Below are positions 20,985-32,311 of a stretch of 64,000 nt of DNA, one piece after another. The notes under the pieces were generated by a model that saw only the letters and a program-made list of their open reading frames with translations, was not told the origin of the DNA and searched no databases. The stretch's first letter is position 1, and each line of letters begins with the position of its first letter. Source of the DNA: Vulcanimicrobiota bacterium (GTDB lineage Bacteria > Vulcanimicrobiota > Vulcanimicrobiia > Eremiobacterales > Eremiobacteraceae). The DNA lies in the NCBI GenBank assembly GCA_963764965.1, contig CAVXUM010000006.1:27131-91130 (forward strand), given 5' to 3'. The position numbers were made by a program, and so were the translations under genes.

Positions 20985-23274
20985 TCAGGCTCTTGCCGGG
21001 ATCCGCTCGCGCATGCGCTTGGCTGCATCGACCATGTTGCGCAGCGCCGGCAGCACCTCTTCCCAGCGTCGCGTCTTCAAGCCGCAATCGGGATTGACCC
21101 ATAACTGCTCGGGCGACAAGAACCCGGCTGCCTTTTCGAGCAGCGAGTGCATCTCATCCGTGCTGGGGATGCGCGGCGAGTGGATGTCATAGACGCCGGG
21201 TCCGATCTCGTTGGGATAGCGGAACCTCTTGAACGCATCGAGCAGCTCCATGCCGCTGCGCGACGATTCGATGGTGATGACGTCTGCATCCAGTAGCGCG
21301 AGCGACCTCGAAGATGTCGTTGAACTCCGAGTAGCACATGTGGGTATGGATCTGCGTGCCATCGTCACACGGCCGATGACGCGATGCGGAACGCTCGCGC
21401 GGCCCAATCGATATACGCATCCCAATCTTTGCGCTTGAGCGGCAGACCCTCGCGAAAGGCAGGTTCGTCGATCTGGATGATCCGGATGCCGGCGCGCTCC
21501 AGGTCGGCGACCTCGTCGCGGATGCGCCAGCGCGATCTGCGTGGCAGTGACCGAGCGCGGCTGGTCGTCGCGCACGAATGACCACTGCAGGATGGTCACG
21601 GGTCCCGTGAGCATGCCCTTCATCGGGCGCTTGGTCAGCGACTGCGCATACCTGATCCAGGCACGGTCATCGGACGCGGACGCGAGACATCGCCGAAGAT
21701 GATGGGCGGCTTGACGTACCGGGAGCCGTAGCTCTGCACCCAGCCGTTTTGCGTGAAGGCGAATCCGCGAGAGCTGCTCGCCGAAATACTCGACCATGTC
21801 GTTGCGCTCGGCTTCGCCGTGCACCAGCACATCGATCCCAAGCTTCTCCTGCTCGCGGATCGCGTGCTCGATCTCGGCCTTCATGGCTTTTTCGTAGTGG
21901 GTGCGGGCAGCTCGCCTTTCTTGAACTTGGCACGGGCCTCACGGATCGCCTGGTCTGCGGGAAGCTGCCGATCGTGGTCGTGGGAAAGAGCCGGCAGCTT
22001 CAGGTCCGCCTGTTGCTTGCGCTGCCTCACCGGAAAGGCGCTTGCTCGCGCGGCGTCAGTCTCGACAAGCCCACTGACTCGCCTCTCGACCGCCGGATCG
22101 TGGATGCGTTTTGATTGCTCGCGGCTGCGCCGCACGGTGTCGGAGAGCTGCAGCTCGTCGACGATCGCCTCGCGACCATCATGTTCCAACCCGCGGCCGA
22201 GCACCGCGAGCTCGTGGAGTTTTTGGCCGAGAACGCGAGCCAGGAACGCAGCTCGACGTCGAGCTTGGTCTCCAAAGCCAGGTCGACCGGCGCGTGGATG
22301 AGGCTGCACGAGGGAGCGACCCAGACGTTATCGGTCTTGGCACGCACGCGGTCCAGCAGCCCCAACGCGCGCCGAAGGTCGGTGCGCCAGACATTGCGGC
22401 CGTCGACGACGCCGCATGACAGCACCTTGCCGGCCGCCAGGCCGGCGACAAATGCGTCGAGCTGTTCGGGAGCGCGCACGAGATCAAGATGGATGCCGCT
22501 GACCGGCAGCGCTTGCAGCATCGCGGCATGCTCCTGCACCGACTCGAAATAGGTCGCGAGCAAGATGTCGACGCCGCATTGCGCGAGCGTTTGATAGGTT
22601 TGTGGGAAGGCGGCTAGCCACGCCTTAGGCAGTCCGGCTGCGAGCGCCGGCTCGTCGAGCTGCACCCAGCCGACTCCCACAGCCTTGAGTTGACGAAGCA
22701 CTTCTTGATACACGGGCAAGAGCTGTGCCACTAGGTCAAGCCGGTCGGATCCATGCGCGTGCGCACCGCGCTCCTTGCCGAGCCAGAGATAAGTGAGCGG
22801 TCCGACCAGCACGGGTTTGGGCGTGAAACCCTCATGCAACGCTTCGCGGGCCTCGTCGACGATGCGGGTGCCGCGCAGCGCAAACCGGGTGCCTTTCTCG
22901 AACTCCGGCACGATGTAGTGGTAGTTCGTGTCGAACCACTTGGTCATCTCCATCGCCGGCGCCGCCGCAGAGCCGCGCGCCATCGCGAAATAGGTCCGCA
23001 GGTCGACCGCATCGCCGGAAAAGCCGAAGCGGCTGGGCACGGCGCCCAGCATGGCGCTCATATCGAGCATCTGATCGTAGTACGAGAAATCGCCGACAGC
23101 CACGTAATCCAGGCCCGCATCCCGTTGGATCTGCCAGTGGCGGCTACGCAGTTCGCGCGCGGCATCTTCGAGCTCGGCCTCGCCAGTCTCACCCTTCCAA
23201 TACGACTCCAGCGCACGCTTGAGCTCGCGCTTAGCGCCGATGCGCGGAAAACCTAAGGTATGAACGACAGCCAC
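20985..23274 (-). CDS. metE: Cobalamin-independent methionine synthase (5-methyltetrahydropteroyltriglutamate-homocysteine methyltransferase), at least four frameshifts
   Basis: [27 protein letters not shown]-terminus. C-terminal catalytic half ([26 protein letters not shown]) lies in other frames of the same strand. Confidence 0.85.
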
Positions 23275-23314
23275 GTTGTGAGTCCCTTTTAAAAGAAGAG
23301 AGAAACGGTCTCGC

Positions 23315-24469
23315 TTACTTGCCGAGCAGCTTGCGCGCGATGACGATGCGCTGGATCTGCTGCGTGCCCTCGTAGATCTGGGTGATCTTTGCGTCGCGCA
23401 TCATGCGCTCCACCGGATACTCCGTCATGTATCCGTAGCCGCCCAGCAGCTGCACCGCATCGGTGGTCACCTTCATCGCGACGTCACCGCACTTGAGCTT
23501 GCAGAGCGCTCCCCAGTAGGTGACGTCATCCGCGCCCAGGTCGCATTTGTGCGCCGCCTCGTAGAGCAACAGGCGCGCCGCTTGCGTCTCGACGTCCATG
23601 TCGGCGATCATCCATTGCAGGCCTTGCTGCTTGGCCAAAGGCTTGCCGAAGGCGACGCGTTCTTGAAGGTATCTGGCTGCGAAGTCGAGCGCCCCTTGCG
23701 CGATCCCCAGCGCCTGCGCAGCGACGCCCGGGCGCGACTTGTCGAGAGTCGCCATGGCGATCTTGAACCCCTGGCCCTCGGCTCCTAGCAGACGGTCGGC
23801 GGGGATGCGGCAATTGTCGAGGATGACCTCGTTGGTCGGCGACCCACGGATGCCCATCTTGTGCTCGACCTTGCCGAGCTTGAAACCAGGATCGTCCTTG
23901 TGGCAGATGAAGGCCGAGACGCCTTTCGGGCCTGCTGAAGCATCGGTCATGGCAAAGACGATGCAGACGTCGGCGACGGCGACATTGGTGATGAAGACCT
24001 TGGTGCCGTTCAAGACGTACCGATCGCCGTCACGGACCGCGGTCGTGCGCATGTTGGCCGCGTCCGAGCCCGATGTCGGCTCGGTCAGCGCATAGGACGT
24101 CATCCACTCGCCAGTCGCGAACTTGGGCAGATACCGTTTCTTCTGTTCGTCGCTGCCTGCGATCATGATGGGCAGCGCGCCGAGCTCTTGCACGGCGATG
24201 ATGAGCGCGCTGGTGGCGCACGCTTTGGAGACCTCTTCGACGACCTTGACGTAGGTCAGGAAGCTGCCGAGGCCGCCATATTCCTCAGGGAAGGGGATGC
24301 CCAACAAATCGTTCTTCGCGAAGAGCTCGCGAACATCGTCGGGATATTCGCCGGTCGCGTCGATGGCCGCAGCTCGTGGCGCGACCTTCTCTTGCACGAG
24401 CTTGCGCACCGTGTCGAGGACCATCTTTTCAGCTTCGATCGCTTCAACGCTGCGCTCGGGTGCCAACAT
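23315..24469 (-). CDS. Acyl-CoA dehydrogenase
   Basis: Intact 384-aa acyl-CoA dehydrogenase (YEGTQQIQRIVIARKLL). Confidence 0.85.
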   Translation of the reverse strand: MLAPERSVEAIEAEKMVLDTVRKLVQEKVAPRAAAIDATGEYPDDVRELFAKNDLLGIPFPEEYGGLGSFLTYVKVVEEVSKACATSALIIAVQELGALPIMIAGSDEQKKRYLPKFATGEWMTSYALTEPTSGSDAANMRTTAVRDGDRYVLNGTKVFITNVAVADVCIVFAMTDASAGPKGVSAFICHKDDPGFKLGKVEHKMGIRGSPTNEVILDNCRIPADRLLGAEGQGFKIAMATLDKSRPGVAAQALGIAQGALDFAARYLQERVAFGKPLAKQQGLQWMIADMDVETQAARLLLYEAAHKCDLGADDVTYWGALCKLKCGDVAMKVTTDAVQLLGGYGYMTEYPVERMMRDAKITQIYEGTQQIQRIVIARKLLGK

Positions 24470-24550
24470 AGCCGATCTATCCTCGAGTAACCTTGGATGT
24501 GCCTGAGAATTCCCTTGATTCGTCCCACTGGCGGAAGCGCCCTTGCCAGG

Positions 24551-24853
24551 CTACATCTGGTGTTGCAGGATCTTGATCTCTTCGATCAGCCTCAACACGA
24601 CGTCGACCCCGGCCAGATTGATGCCGCAGATATCGGTGAGCCGGCGGATGGTGGACAGCCGCTCGACGTCGCCGTCGGAGTAAAAGCGCACGTCGTCGAC
24701 CAGGCGTGGGGACAACAGGCCGGCGCGCTCGTAGCGCATCAGCGTCTCCGGCGTGACGTCGAAGCGTGCGACGATCGCGTTGATGGCGTAGAAGCCCTCG
24801 AGCAACTCGGCGTCCTTCATCGCTTCCCGTCGAGTTCGGCGAGCTGTCGCCAC
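24551..24853 (-). CDS. hspR: MerR-family heat-shock repressor HspR
   Basis: MerR HTH (YAINAIVARFDVTPETLMRYERAGLLSP) as the last gene of the dnaK-grpE-dnaJ operon. The likely true start is the internal Met at about 24821, overlapping the dnaJ stop. Confidence 0.7.
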   Translation of the reverse strand: MATARRTRREAMKDAELLEGFYAINAIVARFDVTPETLMRYERAGLLSPRLVDDVRFYSDGDVERLSTIRRLTDICGINLAGVDVVLRLIEEIKILQHQM

Positions 24854-25831
24854 AGCTCGCGCTCCTGCTCGCTGAGCTGTGTCGGCAGCTGCGCGACGAG
24901 CGTCACGTAGAGATCGCCGTTGCCGCTGCCACGCAGCTTCGGCATGCCCTTGCCGGCGACGCGTAGCTTACGGCCGTTTTGCGAGTGGGCAGGCACTTTG
25001 AGCTCGATGTGGCCGGTCACGGTGGGCACGGTCACCTCACCGCCGAGCACGAGCGTGTAGACGCTCGCCGGCTGCTCCACGTAGAGATCGTCGCCCTTGC
25101 GCGTGAAGGTCGGATCCGAGGTGATGTGCACCACGAGATACAGATCGCCTTTGGCGCCGCCGCCGAGACCGGGCTCGCCTTGACCCGGCGAGACGGATGC
25201 GCTGGCCATCGCGCACGCCCGCCGGTATCGTCACCTCGAGCGACTTGGTCGTGGCGATCGCGCCGTTGCCGTGACACTCGCGGCAGAGCTTGCCGTGGTC
25301 GTTGCCTGTGCCGTGACACTGCGGGCACGGTACGTGCGTCTGCAAGTTGAGCGTGCGCTTGCCGCCCGCGTAGGCGTCGCGCAGCGACAGCTCGATCGTG
25401 CTTTCGATGTCCGAGCCGCGCGAGGCTCGCCGCCCGCGGCCGGTCTGCGCCGTCGCGCCTCTTCCGATATTGCCGAAGAAGGTCTGAAAGAATTCGGAGA
25501 AGCCGCCATCGCCCAGGTCACCGAAGTCGAACTGCGCACCGCCGCTCGGGGTCGTCTGGTACTGATAGCCGCGCGTGTCTTGAAAATCTCGAGCGCGCTG
25601 CTGCCAGTCGCTGCCCAACGTGTCGTAGGTCTTGCGCTTCTCCGGGTCGCTCAAGACCTCGTAAGCCTCGGAGATCTCCTTGAACTTCTCCTCGGCTTCT
25701 TTCTTCTTGGTCGGGTTGACGTCGGGATGCCACTGGCGGGCAAGCTTGCGATACGCCGCCTTGATCTCTTTAGCGGCCGCGCTCTTGGTCACGCCGAGCG
25801 TCTTGTAGTAGTCCTTATACGAAACGGGCAT
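24817..25831 (-). CDS. dnaJ: Chaperone DnaJ, one frameshift near 25200
   Basis: J-domain (KDYYKTLGV...HPD), Gly/Phe region, CxxCxGxG zinc finger (CPQCHGTG...CRECHGNG). The C-terminal domain is in a second frame (24817..25209). Confidence 0.85.
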
Positions 25832-25841
25832 GCGCTGCCCG

Positions 25842-26360
25842 CTATTCGGATGGCTTCGAGACGATGACCTGCGCAGGCCGCAGGAGGTCCTCGCCGATCA
25901 TATAGCCTCGGCGCGCTTCATCCAAGACGGTGTTGGCCGGTTTGTCCGGCGCGACGCGCGTGCCGACCGCCTCCGATACCTTGGGGTCGAATATCTTCCC
26001 GGTGAGCTCGACCGGCTTCACGCCTTCCGCCTCGAGCAAGCTCGCGAACTGCTTGATGGTCGCGAGCAGGCCGTCGACGAGCTGTTCTGCCGATGTGCCC
26101 TGCCGGCGATACGCGGCGGCGCGCTCGAGATTGTCGAGCACGCCCAAGACCCGATTGAGCAAAGCGCGCCGGCCGGCATCCGATTGCTCGCGGATGAACC
26201 GGTCGGTGCGCTTCTTGTAGTTGTCGAGATCGGCGAGCGCGCGCAGGTACAGGTCGCGCTGTTCTTGCGCCTGCGCTCGGGCGCGCTCAAGCTCGGACCG
26301 CAGTGCCTCCGCATCGGCCGGCGCCGGCCCGTTGGCCGGCGTCTGGTCGACCCCAGGCAC
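25842..26360 (-). CDS. grpE: Nucleotide exchange factor GrpE
   Basis: 172 aa with the GrpE coiled-coil and C-terminal beta domain (DPKVSEAVG...[15 protein letters not shown]). Confidence 0.8.
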   Translation of the reverse strand: MPGVDQTPANGPAPADAEALRSELERARAQAQEQRDLYLRALADLDNYKKRTDRFIREQSDAGRRALLNRVLGVLDNLERAAAYRRQGTSAEQLVDGLLATIKQFASLLEAEGVKPVELTGKIFDPKVSEAVGTRVAPDKPANTVLDEARRGYMIGEDLLRPAQVIVSKPSE

Positions 26361-26405
26361 CGGCAGAGCTTGAGAGCGAGTCGAAGTCGTCGCCGCCGGC
26401 CACCG

Positions 26406-28278
26406 TTATGTCTCTTTGTATTCCGCGTCGATGACGTCGCCGTCCGGCGCAGCGCTGCCCGGGCTGGCACCGGCGCCGCTGGCCGCATCCGGCTGCTCGG
26501 CAGCTGCACCGTTACCGCCGGCGCCATCGCCGCCGGCTGCGCTCGGCCTTTTGATAGACGCTCTGCGCGATCTTGTACGACGCCTCTTGCAGCCGATCCG
26601 ATGCGCGCTTGAGCTCGTCGGTGGCGCCGCTCTTGAGGAGCGAACGCACGTTGTCCAGCGATTTCTCGACCTCCGCCTTCTCGGCCGGATCGATCTTGTC
26701 GCCCATGTCCTTGAGCGTCTTCTCGACGGAGTACACGAGGCTCTGCGCTTGGTTGCGGACCTCGGCCTCCTCGCGTTTGCGCTTGTCCTCCTCGGAGTGC
26801 GACTGCCGCATCCTTGACCATGCGGTCGACTTCATCTTTGGAAAGATTGCTCGACGCGGTGATGGTGATGCGCTGTTCCTTGCCTGTGCCCAGGTCCTTG
26901 GCGTTGACGTGGGTGATGCCGTTGGCATCGATGTCGAAGGTCACTTCGACCTGCGGCACGCCCCGCGGTGCAGGCGGGATGCCTTCCAGCCTAAAGCGGC
27001 CTAGCGTCTTGTTGTCCGGCGCCATCTCGCGCTCGCCTTGCAGCACGTGGATATCGACCGAGGTCTGCCCGTCGTCTGCGGTGGTGAAGGTCTGCGACTT
27101 GCGCGTCGGGATGGTGGTGTTGCGCTCGATGAGCTTGGTCATCACGCCGCCGAGGGTCTCGAGCCCGAGCGACAGCGGGGTGACGTCGAGCAAGACGACG
27201 TCCTTGACTTCGCCCGCGAGCACGCCCGCTTGGATGGCCGCGCCGACCGCGACCACTTCGTCCGGATTGACGCTCTGGTTCGGGTCCTTCTTGGTCGAGC
27301 GATTTGACGAGCTCTTGGATGACCGGCATGCGCGTGGCGCCGCCGACGAGCACGACTTCTTTGATGTCGTCGATGCTCAGCTTGGCGTCGCGGATGGCGT
27401 TCTCGAACGGCTTGCGGCAGCGATCGGTCAGATCGGCGGTGAGCTGCTCGAACTTGGCTCGCGTCAAGGTGTAGTCGAGATGCTTGGGACCGTTCTGATC
27501 GGCGGTGACGAACGGCAGGTTGATCGACGTCTGCACCATGGAGGAGAGCTCGATCTTGGCCTTTTCCGCGGCCTCCGTCAGGCGCTGCAACGCCTGGCGG
27601 TCGCCGGAGAGATCGATGCCCTGGTCCTTCTTGAACTCCGCCACCAACCAGTCGACGATGCGCTTGTCGTAGTCGTCGCCGCCCAAGCGCGTGTCGCCGT
27701 TGGTCGACTTGACCTCGAAGACCCCGTCGCCGACCTCGAGGACGGACACGTCGAACGTTCCGCCGCCGAGATCCCAGACCAGGATCGTCTCGTTGCCTTT
27801 CTTTTCCAAACCGTACGCCAGCGCCGCTGCAGTCGGTTCGTTGATGATGCGCAGCACGTCGAGGCCGGCGATGCGGCCCGCGTCTTTGGTCGCCTGCCGT
27901 TGCGCGTCGTTGAAATACGCCGGCACGGTGATCACTGCTCTGCGTGACCTTCTCGCCGAGGTACGTGCTAGCGTCGGCGACAAGTTTTTGCAGGATCATC
28001 GCCGAGATCTCTTGCGGCGAATAGCTCTTGCCGTCGATCGTCACCTTATGGTCGGTGCCCATCTCGCGTTTGATCGATGAGATGGTGCGATCGGGGTTGG
28101 TGATCGCCTGCCGCTTCGCGAGCTGACCGACGAGCCGCTCGCCGCTCTTGGTGAAGGCGACGACGGATGGGGTGAGCCGGCTCCCCTCTGCGTTGGTGAT
28201 GACCGTGGGCGTCGAACCTTCCATATAGGCGACGACCGAGTTGGTCGTTCCCAGGTCTATGCCGACGACTTTTGCCAT
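26406..28278 (-). CDS. dnaK: Chaperone DnaK (Hsp70), at least four frameshifts
   Basis: [58 protein letters not shown]. Substrate-binding domain and the [10 protein letters not shown] tail are recovered across four frames. Confidence 0.85.
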
Positions 28279-28295
28279 GATGATTGCTCCTTGCG

Positions 28296-28330
28296 ACCAG
28301 GCTGGTAAGACGGTCGTCTCCCAGCCTGGT
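28296..28330 (-). promoter_or_regulatory. Nested inverted repeat in the dnaK 5' leader (ACCAGGCTGG-N15-CCAGCCTGGT, whose loop is itself the palindrome AGACG-N-CGTCT)
   Basis: Perfect 10-bp arms about 18 nt upstream of the dnaK start and RBS. Candidate operator or RNA structure. Confidence 0.35.
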
Positions 28331-28399
28331 GATGTTTCGTGTTCGTGTTAGCCGTACCCGGTGGTCCCGGCCCTCATGCCTGCTAGCCCTGCGACCTGC

Positions 28400-29614
28400 C
28401 TAGCCTTGCGGCGGCACGTCGGGACGGTCGCCCAAGGTGACGTCGAAGGGCTGCAGGCTGCCGTCGCGCCAGATCAGCACGGTGATCTTGTCGCCCACTT
28501 TGAGCTTCGCGATTGCGGATCGGATCTGATCGGGGTCCGTGACCTTCTTATGGTTGAGCTCGAGGATGATATCGCGGCCTTGCAAGCCGGCCTTCTCGGC
28601 GGGGCTCTGCGGCTGCACAGCGACGACCACGACTCCACCCGTACCGGAATAGCCCAGATAGTTGGCCAGTTGCTTGTCCAGCGCGCGCATCTGCACCCCG
28701 ATGTAGGCGTGAGCGACGTGGATGCCGTGCCCGGTCGTCTCTATCTCCGCGAGAACCGGCTCAGCGGCGTTGATGGGGATGGAGAAGCCGATGGCCTGTG
28801 CCTGCGGTGCGACCACAGCGTTGATCCCGACGACCGTACCGCTCGTCGTGATGAGCGGTCCGCCCGAATTGCCCGGGTTGATCGGCGTGGTGATTTGGAT
28901 CATGTCATCGTAATGGAAGGTCGGGAAGCCCTCACCACCGCCCGCGTCGATGCCGGTGCGATGGAGCGCGGAGACGATCCCTAAGCTGACGGAGTTCTGA
29001 AACGACTCCGGCTCGCCGATCGCTAGCACGAACTGACCTTGCTGGAGCGAGCTCGAGTTGCCCAACGGCAAGGCCGGCGGCAACTTGGAGCCGTGGATCT
29101 TGAGTATGGCAAGATCGGTGCTATTGTCGGCCCCGACGACTTGCGCGTCCACCTCACGGCCGGTCCACAAAAGCACTTGCACGTGGTCGGCGTGGTAGAT
29201 GACGTGGGCATTGGTGGCGACGTAGGCTGTGTCACCGTCGCGTTTGATGACGAAGCCCGAGCCCGACGCCTTTGCGGTGAACGGCTGATTCTGCGGCGGC
29301 CCCTGGTCGCCGAAGAACTGACGGAAGAACGGATCGTTCTGGAAGGGGTTGTAGTAGCTTTGGACGCCGTGCACCGTGGATTTGATCAGCACCACGGATG
29401 GCTCGGTCTGTTTGACCACATTGATGATGCGCTGTTCGAGGTCGCCGTCGCCGGAGCGCGGCAACGGCGCAGCGGAAGCCACGTTGAAGGTCGCGGCGGC
29501 CTCGCTGCTGTGCGCAAGCTTCGGGGCGACGAAGGTGACGACGAATGCACCGATGAGCCCGCCGAGCAGTCCGATCAGCAGGAAGCTCAACGAGGTACGG
29601 GTTTGGGAGGTCAT
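28400..29614 (-). CDS. htrA: HtrA/DegP-family periplasmic serine protease with PDZ domain
   Basis: Intact 404 aa. Catalytic triad context (TNAHVI...DLAILK...GNSGGPL) plus a C-terminal PDZ. Confidence 0.85.
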   Translation of the reverse strand: MTSQTRTSLSFLLIGLLGGLIGAFVVTFVAPKLAHSSEAAATFNVASAAPLPRSGDGDLEQRIINVVKQTEPSVVLIKSTVHGVQSYYNPFQNDPFFRQFFGDQGPPQNQPFTAKASGSGFVIKRDGDTAYVATNAHVIYHADHVQVLLWTGREVDAQVVGADNSTDLAILKIHGSKLPPALPLGNSSSLQQGQFVLAIGEPESFQNSVSLGIVSALHRTGIDAGGGEGFPTFHYDDMIQITTPINPGNSGGPLITTSGTVVGINAVVAPQAQAIGFSIPINAAEPVLAEIETTGHGIHVAHAYIGVQMRALDKQLANYLGYSGTGGVVVVAVQPQSPAEKAGLQGRDIILELNHKKVTDPDQIRSAIAKLKVGDKITVLIWRDGSLQPFDVTLGDRPDVPPQG

Positions 29615-29856
29615 CGCGTTTTTTCTCTCCTGTTCGAAAATGGGCCGGGAAACGATTGGCGCGCAGGCCTGCGCACGGGCGGCGGTAAGGACCGGCGCCT
29701 AGAAAATGGTACTGTTATGGCTTGGAATTGTTGCCTCAAGGCCTGGTAGGCCTTGGTGTCCCGATGCGCGGGCGCAGCCGGCGCCAGGAGTCAATTAGCA
29801 CTATAGCATCGAGACTGCTAACGCGTCAAGGCAGTCGACGGCTACATTTCGGCGGT

Positions 29857-30583
29857 TTAGCTGACGGCTGCTATCACGCCCTGCAGAAGGCTATACGCGA
29901 CCGCGGCGACGGTAGCCGCAGAGCGCGGCATGCCGAGCAATCGCTCAAGCGCCACCGCCACGATGACGTAGTACCAGATGTACAACGGGTTGTAGGCTGA
30001 CAGAAATGCAGCCACCACGCGATCGTGCTGGAAAAGCATCCCCAGGCTGGGCAATCGCGCCAGGTCGAGCGACGAGTTTAGGGACGAAGGATCGTGCAGC
30101 GAGACGAGCAGCGCGTTGACGACCAACGCAATGCCAAGCACGGCGTACGAGTTGAGCGCGGCGACCCACGCCGGCGGCGAATCGAGCCTTGCCACCGCCG
30201 ATCGCGGCGCTGATGAAGAAGAAGATGGCGATGAACAGCCACACGAGCCACGGGCCGACGAGCGCGCCTATCATAAGGAAGAGACCGATCGATCGTGAGG
30301 TCTGGGAGACGGCCACACGCTCGCGAAGCTGATCGCCGGGCGGGAGCGCAGCGATGCGGTGCGCTTCGCTGACCGCCAGGACGTGCAGTTGCGCAGGCTG
30401 CGCGATCAGCGCGGCAAGCAGCGTCAGCAACATTCCGAAGAGCGCGGCCCAACCCCACGTCGGAAAGCGCTGAAGCTGCGAGAAGGCAGCTCGTGGTCGC
30501 CATGGTACGGCGAGGTACGCGATGAGGCCGTTCAAGCGTCGCGCCGCCGCAACGCGCGAGCGGTCCTCGCCGCCGTCAGTCAT
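29857..30583 (-). CDS. Integral membrane protein (Yip1-domain-like), one frameshift near 30190
   Basis: Two overlapping minus-strand ORFs giving a ~240-aa protein with five predicted TM helices. Confidence 0.35.
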
Positions 30584-30592
30584 CCCTTGGGG

Positions 30593-31284
30593 TCACTTCG
30601 TCAGCTTGATCAAGACGTTCTGGCTCGGCACCGAGACCTCGTGCACGACGAAGGTCGTGGGGTTATACCATTCATCGAAGTTGACCGATGCGGCGATGCC
30701 GATGCTCACGTCGTTCGCAGGCACGCCGGTGGGAGGTGAACCCTGGTTCTTGTCGACACGCGAGGTCTGCTGCAACACCCGGCTGGGCAGGATCTGCGAG
30801 AATTGCGCGACGTTGGCGGCCTCGATCTGCGCGGGCAGGAACAAAAAGCCGGTCATGAGCGAGAGCTCGAGCACGAAGCCGACGTGCACGCCGGACGGCA
30901 ACGCGATCGTCGAGACGCCGTCGATGCCGTCAAACCGGACCGTCGCGCCGCCGCGGCCGAAACTGACGTGCGCGGTCAGCGACCCGCTCCCTTGCGGATA
31001 GGGGTAGGTCGCCGTATAGCCCTTAGGCGCAAGGGTTTGAGCGTCCAGCGTCTCGTCCGCGACGAAATTGGAGCCGTTCACCGTCTCGTTTTCGTGCACG
31101 GTGATGCCGGCATCCGTGCGTTTCACCGTGACCGTGCTCGTGCCGATCGGGGCCGAATTCTGCGCGATCGAGTAGGTGTAGGTGCCGTCCGGCGGTGCCG
31201 CCGCGTTTGTAGGCGCCTGAGTCGCCGCGGCGCCCGAGGCTGCCTGCAACACTGTTGCGATGACGAGAGCTACTGAGAGCATCA
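30593..31284 (-). CDS. Secreted hypothetical protein, translationally coupled to the upstream SPFH gene
   Basis: RBS GGAGG, then ATGATG overlapping the SPFH stop (ATGA). Signal peptide MMLSVALVIATVLQAASGAAA and a beta-rich sequence. The ORF-track 545-aa ORF is a frameshift fusion with the SPFH gene. Confidence 0.45.
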
Positions 31285-32309
31285 TGCCCCTCCAATGGAT
31301 GTCGACGACGGGCCCGCCGGCGGGGCGCCGCCAGTGTCTTGGCCGACCGCGCCGGCTGGGGCCGTCAGCCCTGGCAGCGGAGCGACCGCGCCTTGAGCCG
31401 TCCCCATCGACGCGAGCCCCGTGATCACGCCGAGCCCCATCGTCTCGACCGCCGTGCTCGGCACGACGATCATCGCGCCCGTTCTCCTTGAGCCCCTCGT
31501 AGAGCATGTTCATGGCGCGTAGGTGGAGCGCGACCGGATTGTTCTGGTAGCCTTTCGCCGCTTCGAGGAAGGACTCCGCGATTTGACGCTCGGCATCTCC
31601 GAGGATGACGCGTGCTTGACGTTCGCGTTCTGCCTGCGCCTGTCGAGACATGGCATCCTGCAAGTTCTCAGGGATCTTGATGTCGCGGATCTCAACCGAC
31701 TGGACGGTGATGCCCCATGGGGTCGTCCGCCCGTCGATCGCCTGTTGCAGATTGGCGTCGATCGCTTGGCGGTTGGAGAGGAGGTCGGCCAAGATAGGTG
31801 GTGCCGATGATGTCGCGCAGCGCGGTCTGCGCGGCCCAGCCGATCGCGTCGCGATACGAGGCGACTTCAAGCGCCGCCTTCTTCGCATCCCAGACGACCC
31901 AGAAGAGCACCGCGTCGACGTCGACCGGCACGGTGTCTTTGGTGAGCGTCTGCTCTGCGACGAACGTGCTCGTCTGGACGCGCTGATCGATCCAGGCGGC
32001 GACGCTGTCGATCGCCGGGATGATGAAGAAGATCCCGGGTCCCGCAAGGCGCTGGAATCGGCCGAGTCGCAGCACGATCGCCTTCTCCCACGCCTTGGCG
32101 ATCTGGATCGAGGTGAGCGAGAGCAGCGCCAAGACGATGCCCGCGAGGACGTAGCCGAACGATTCGGTCTGCGACAGCATCGCGACGCCGCCGGAGAAGA
32201 ACACGAACGCGAGCAGCCACGAGATGGCATTGCCGAAGTGGACCGATGGCGTGCCGGCCACTACCGCACCAGTGGGCGCCGTGCTCGGTGGGTTGGTTAC
32301 CATTGGCAT
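31281..32309 (-). CDS. SPFH/band-7 (stomatin-like) membrane protein, at least two frameshifts
   Basis: N-terminal TM plus SPFH core (AWEKAIVLRLGRF...TKDTVPVDVDAVLFW...ALRDIIG; IRDIKIPENLQDAMSRQAQAERERQARVI in a second frame). Confidence 0.7.
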
Positions 32310-32311
32310 GA

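Noticed and set aside
26018-27256. 412-aa ORF treated as an independent gene between grpE and dnaK
   Set aside because: It is the DnaK substrate-binding domain in a frame displaced by indels, plus out-of-frame read-through. It is part of dnaK.
28279-28400. Search for a canonical HspR operator (HAIR, CTTGAGT-N7-ACTCAAG) upstream of dnaK
   Set aside because: No match to HAIR. Only the unrelated nested palindrome reported in findings is present.
30593-32230. ORF-track 545-aa ORF treated as one gene
   Set aside because: It is an artefactual read-through. Its C-terminal 230 aa are a separate secreted protein with its own RBS and ATG. The N-terminal part is the SPFH gene read in a shifted frame.
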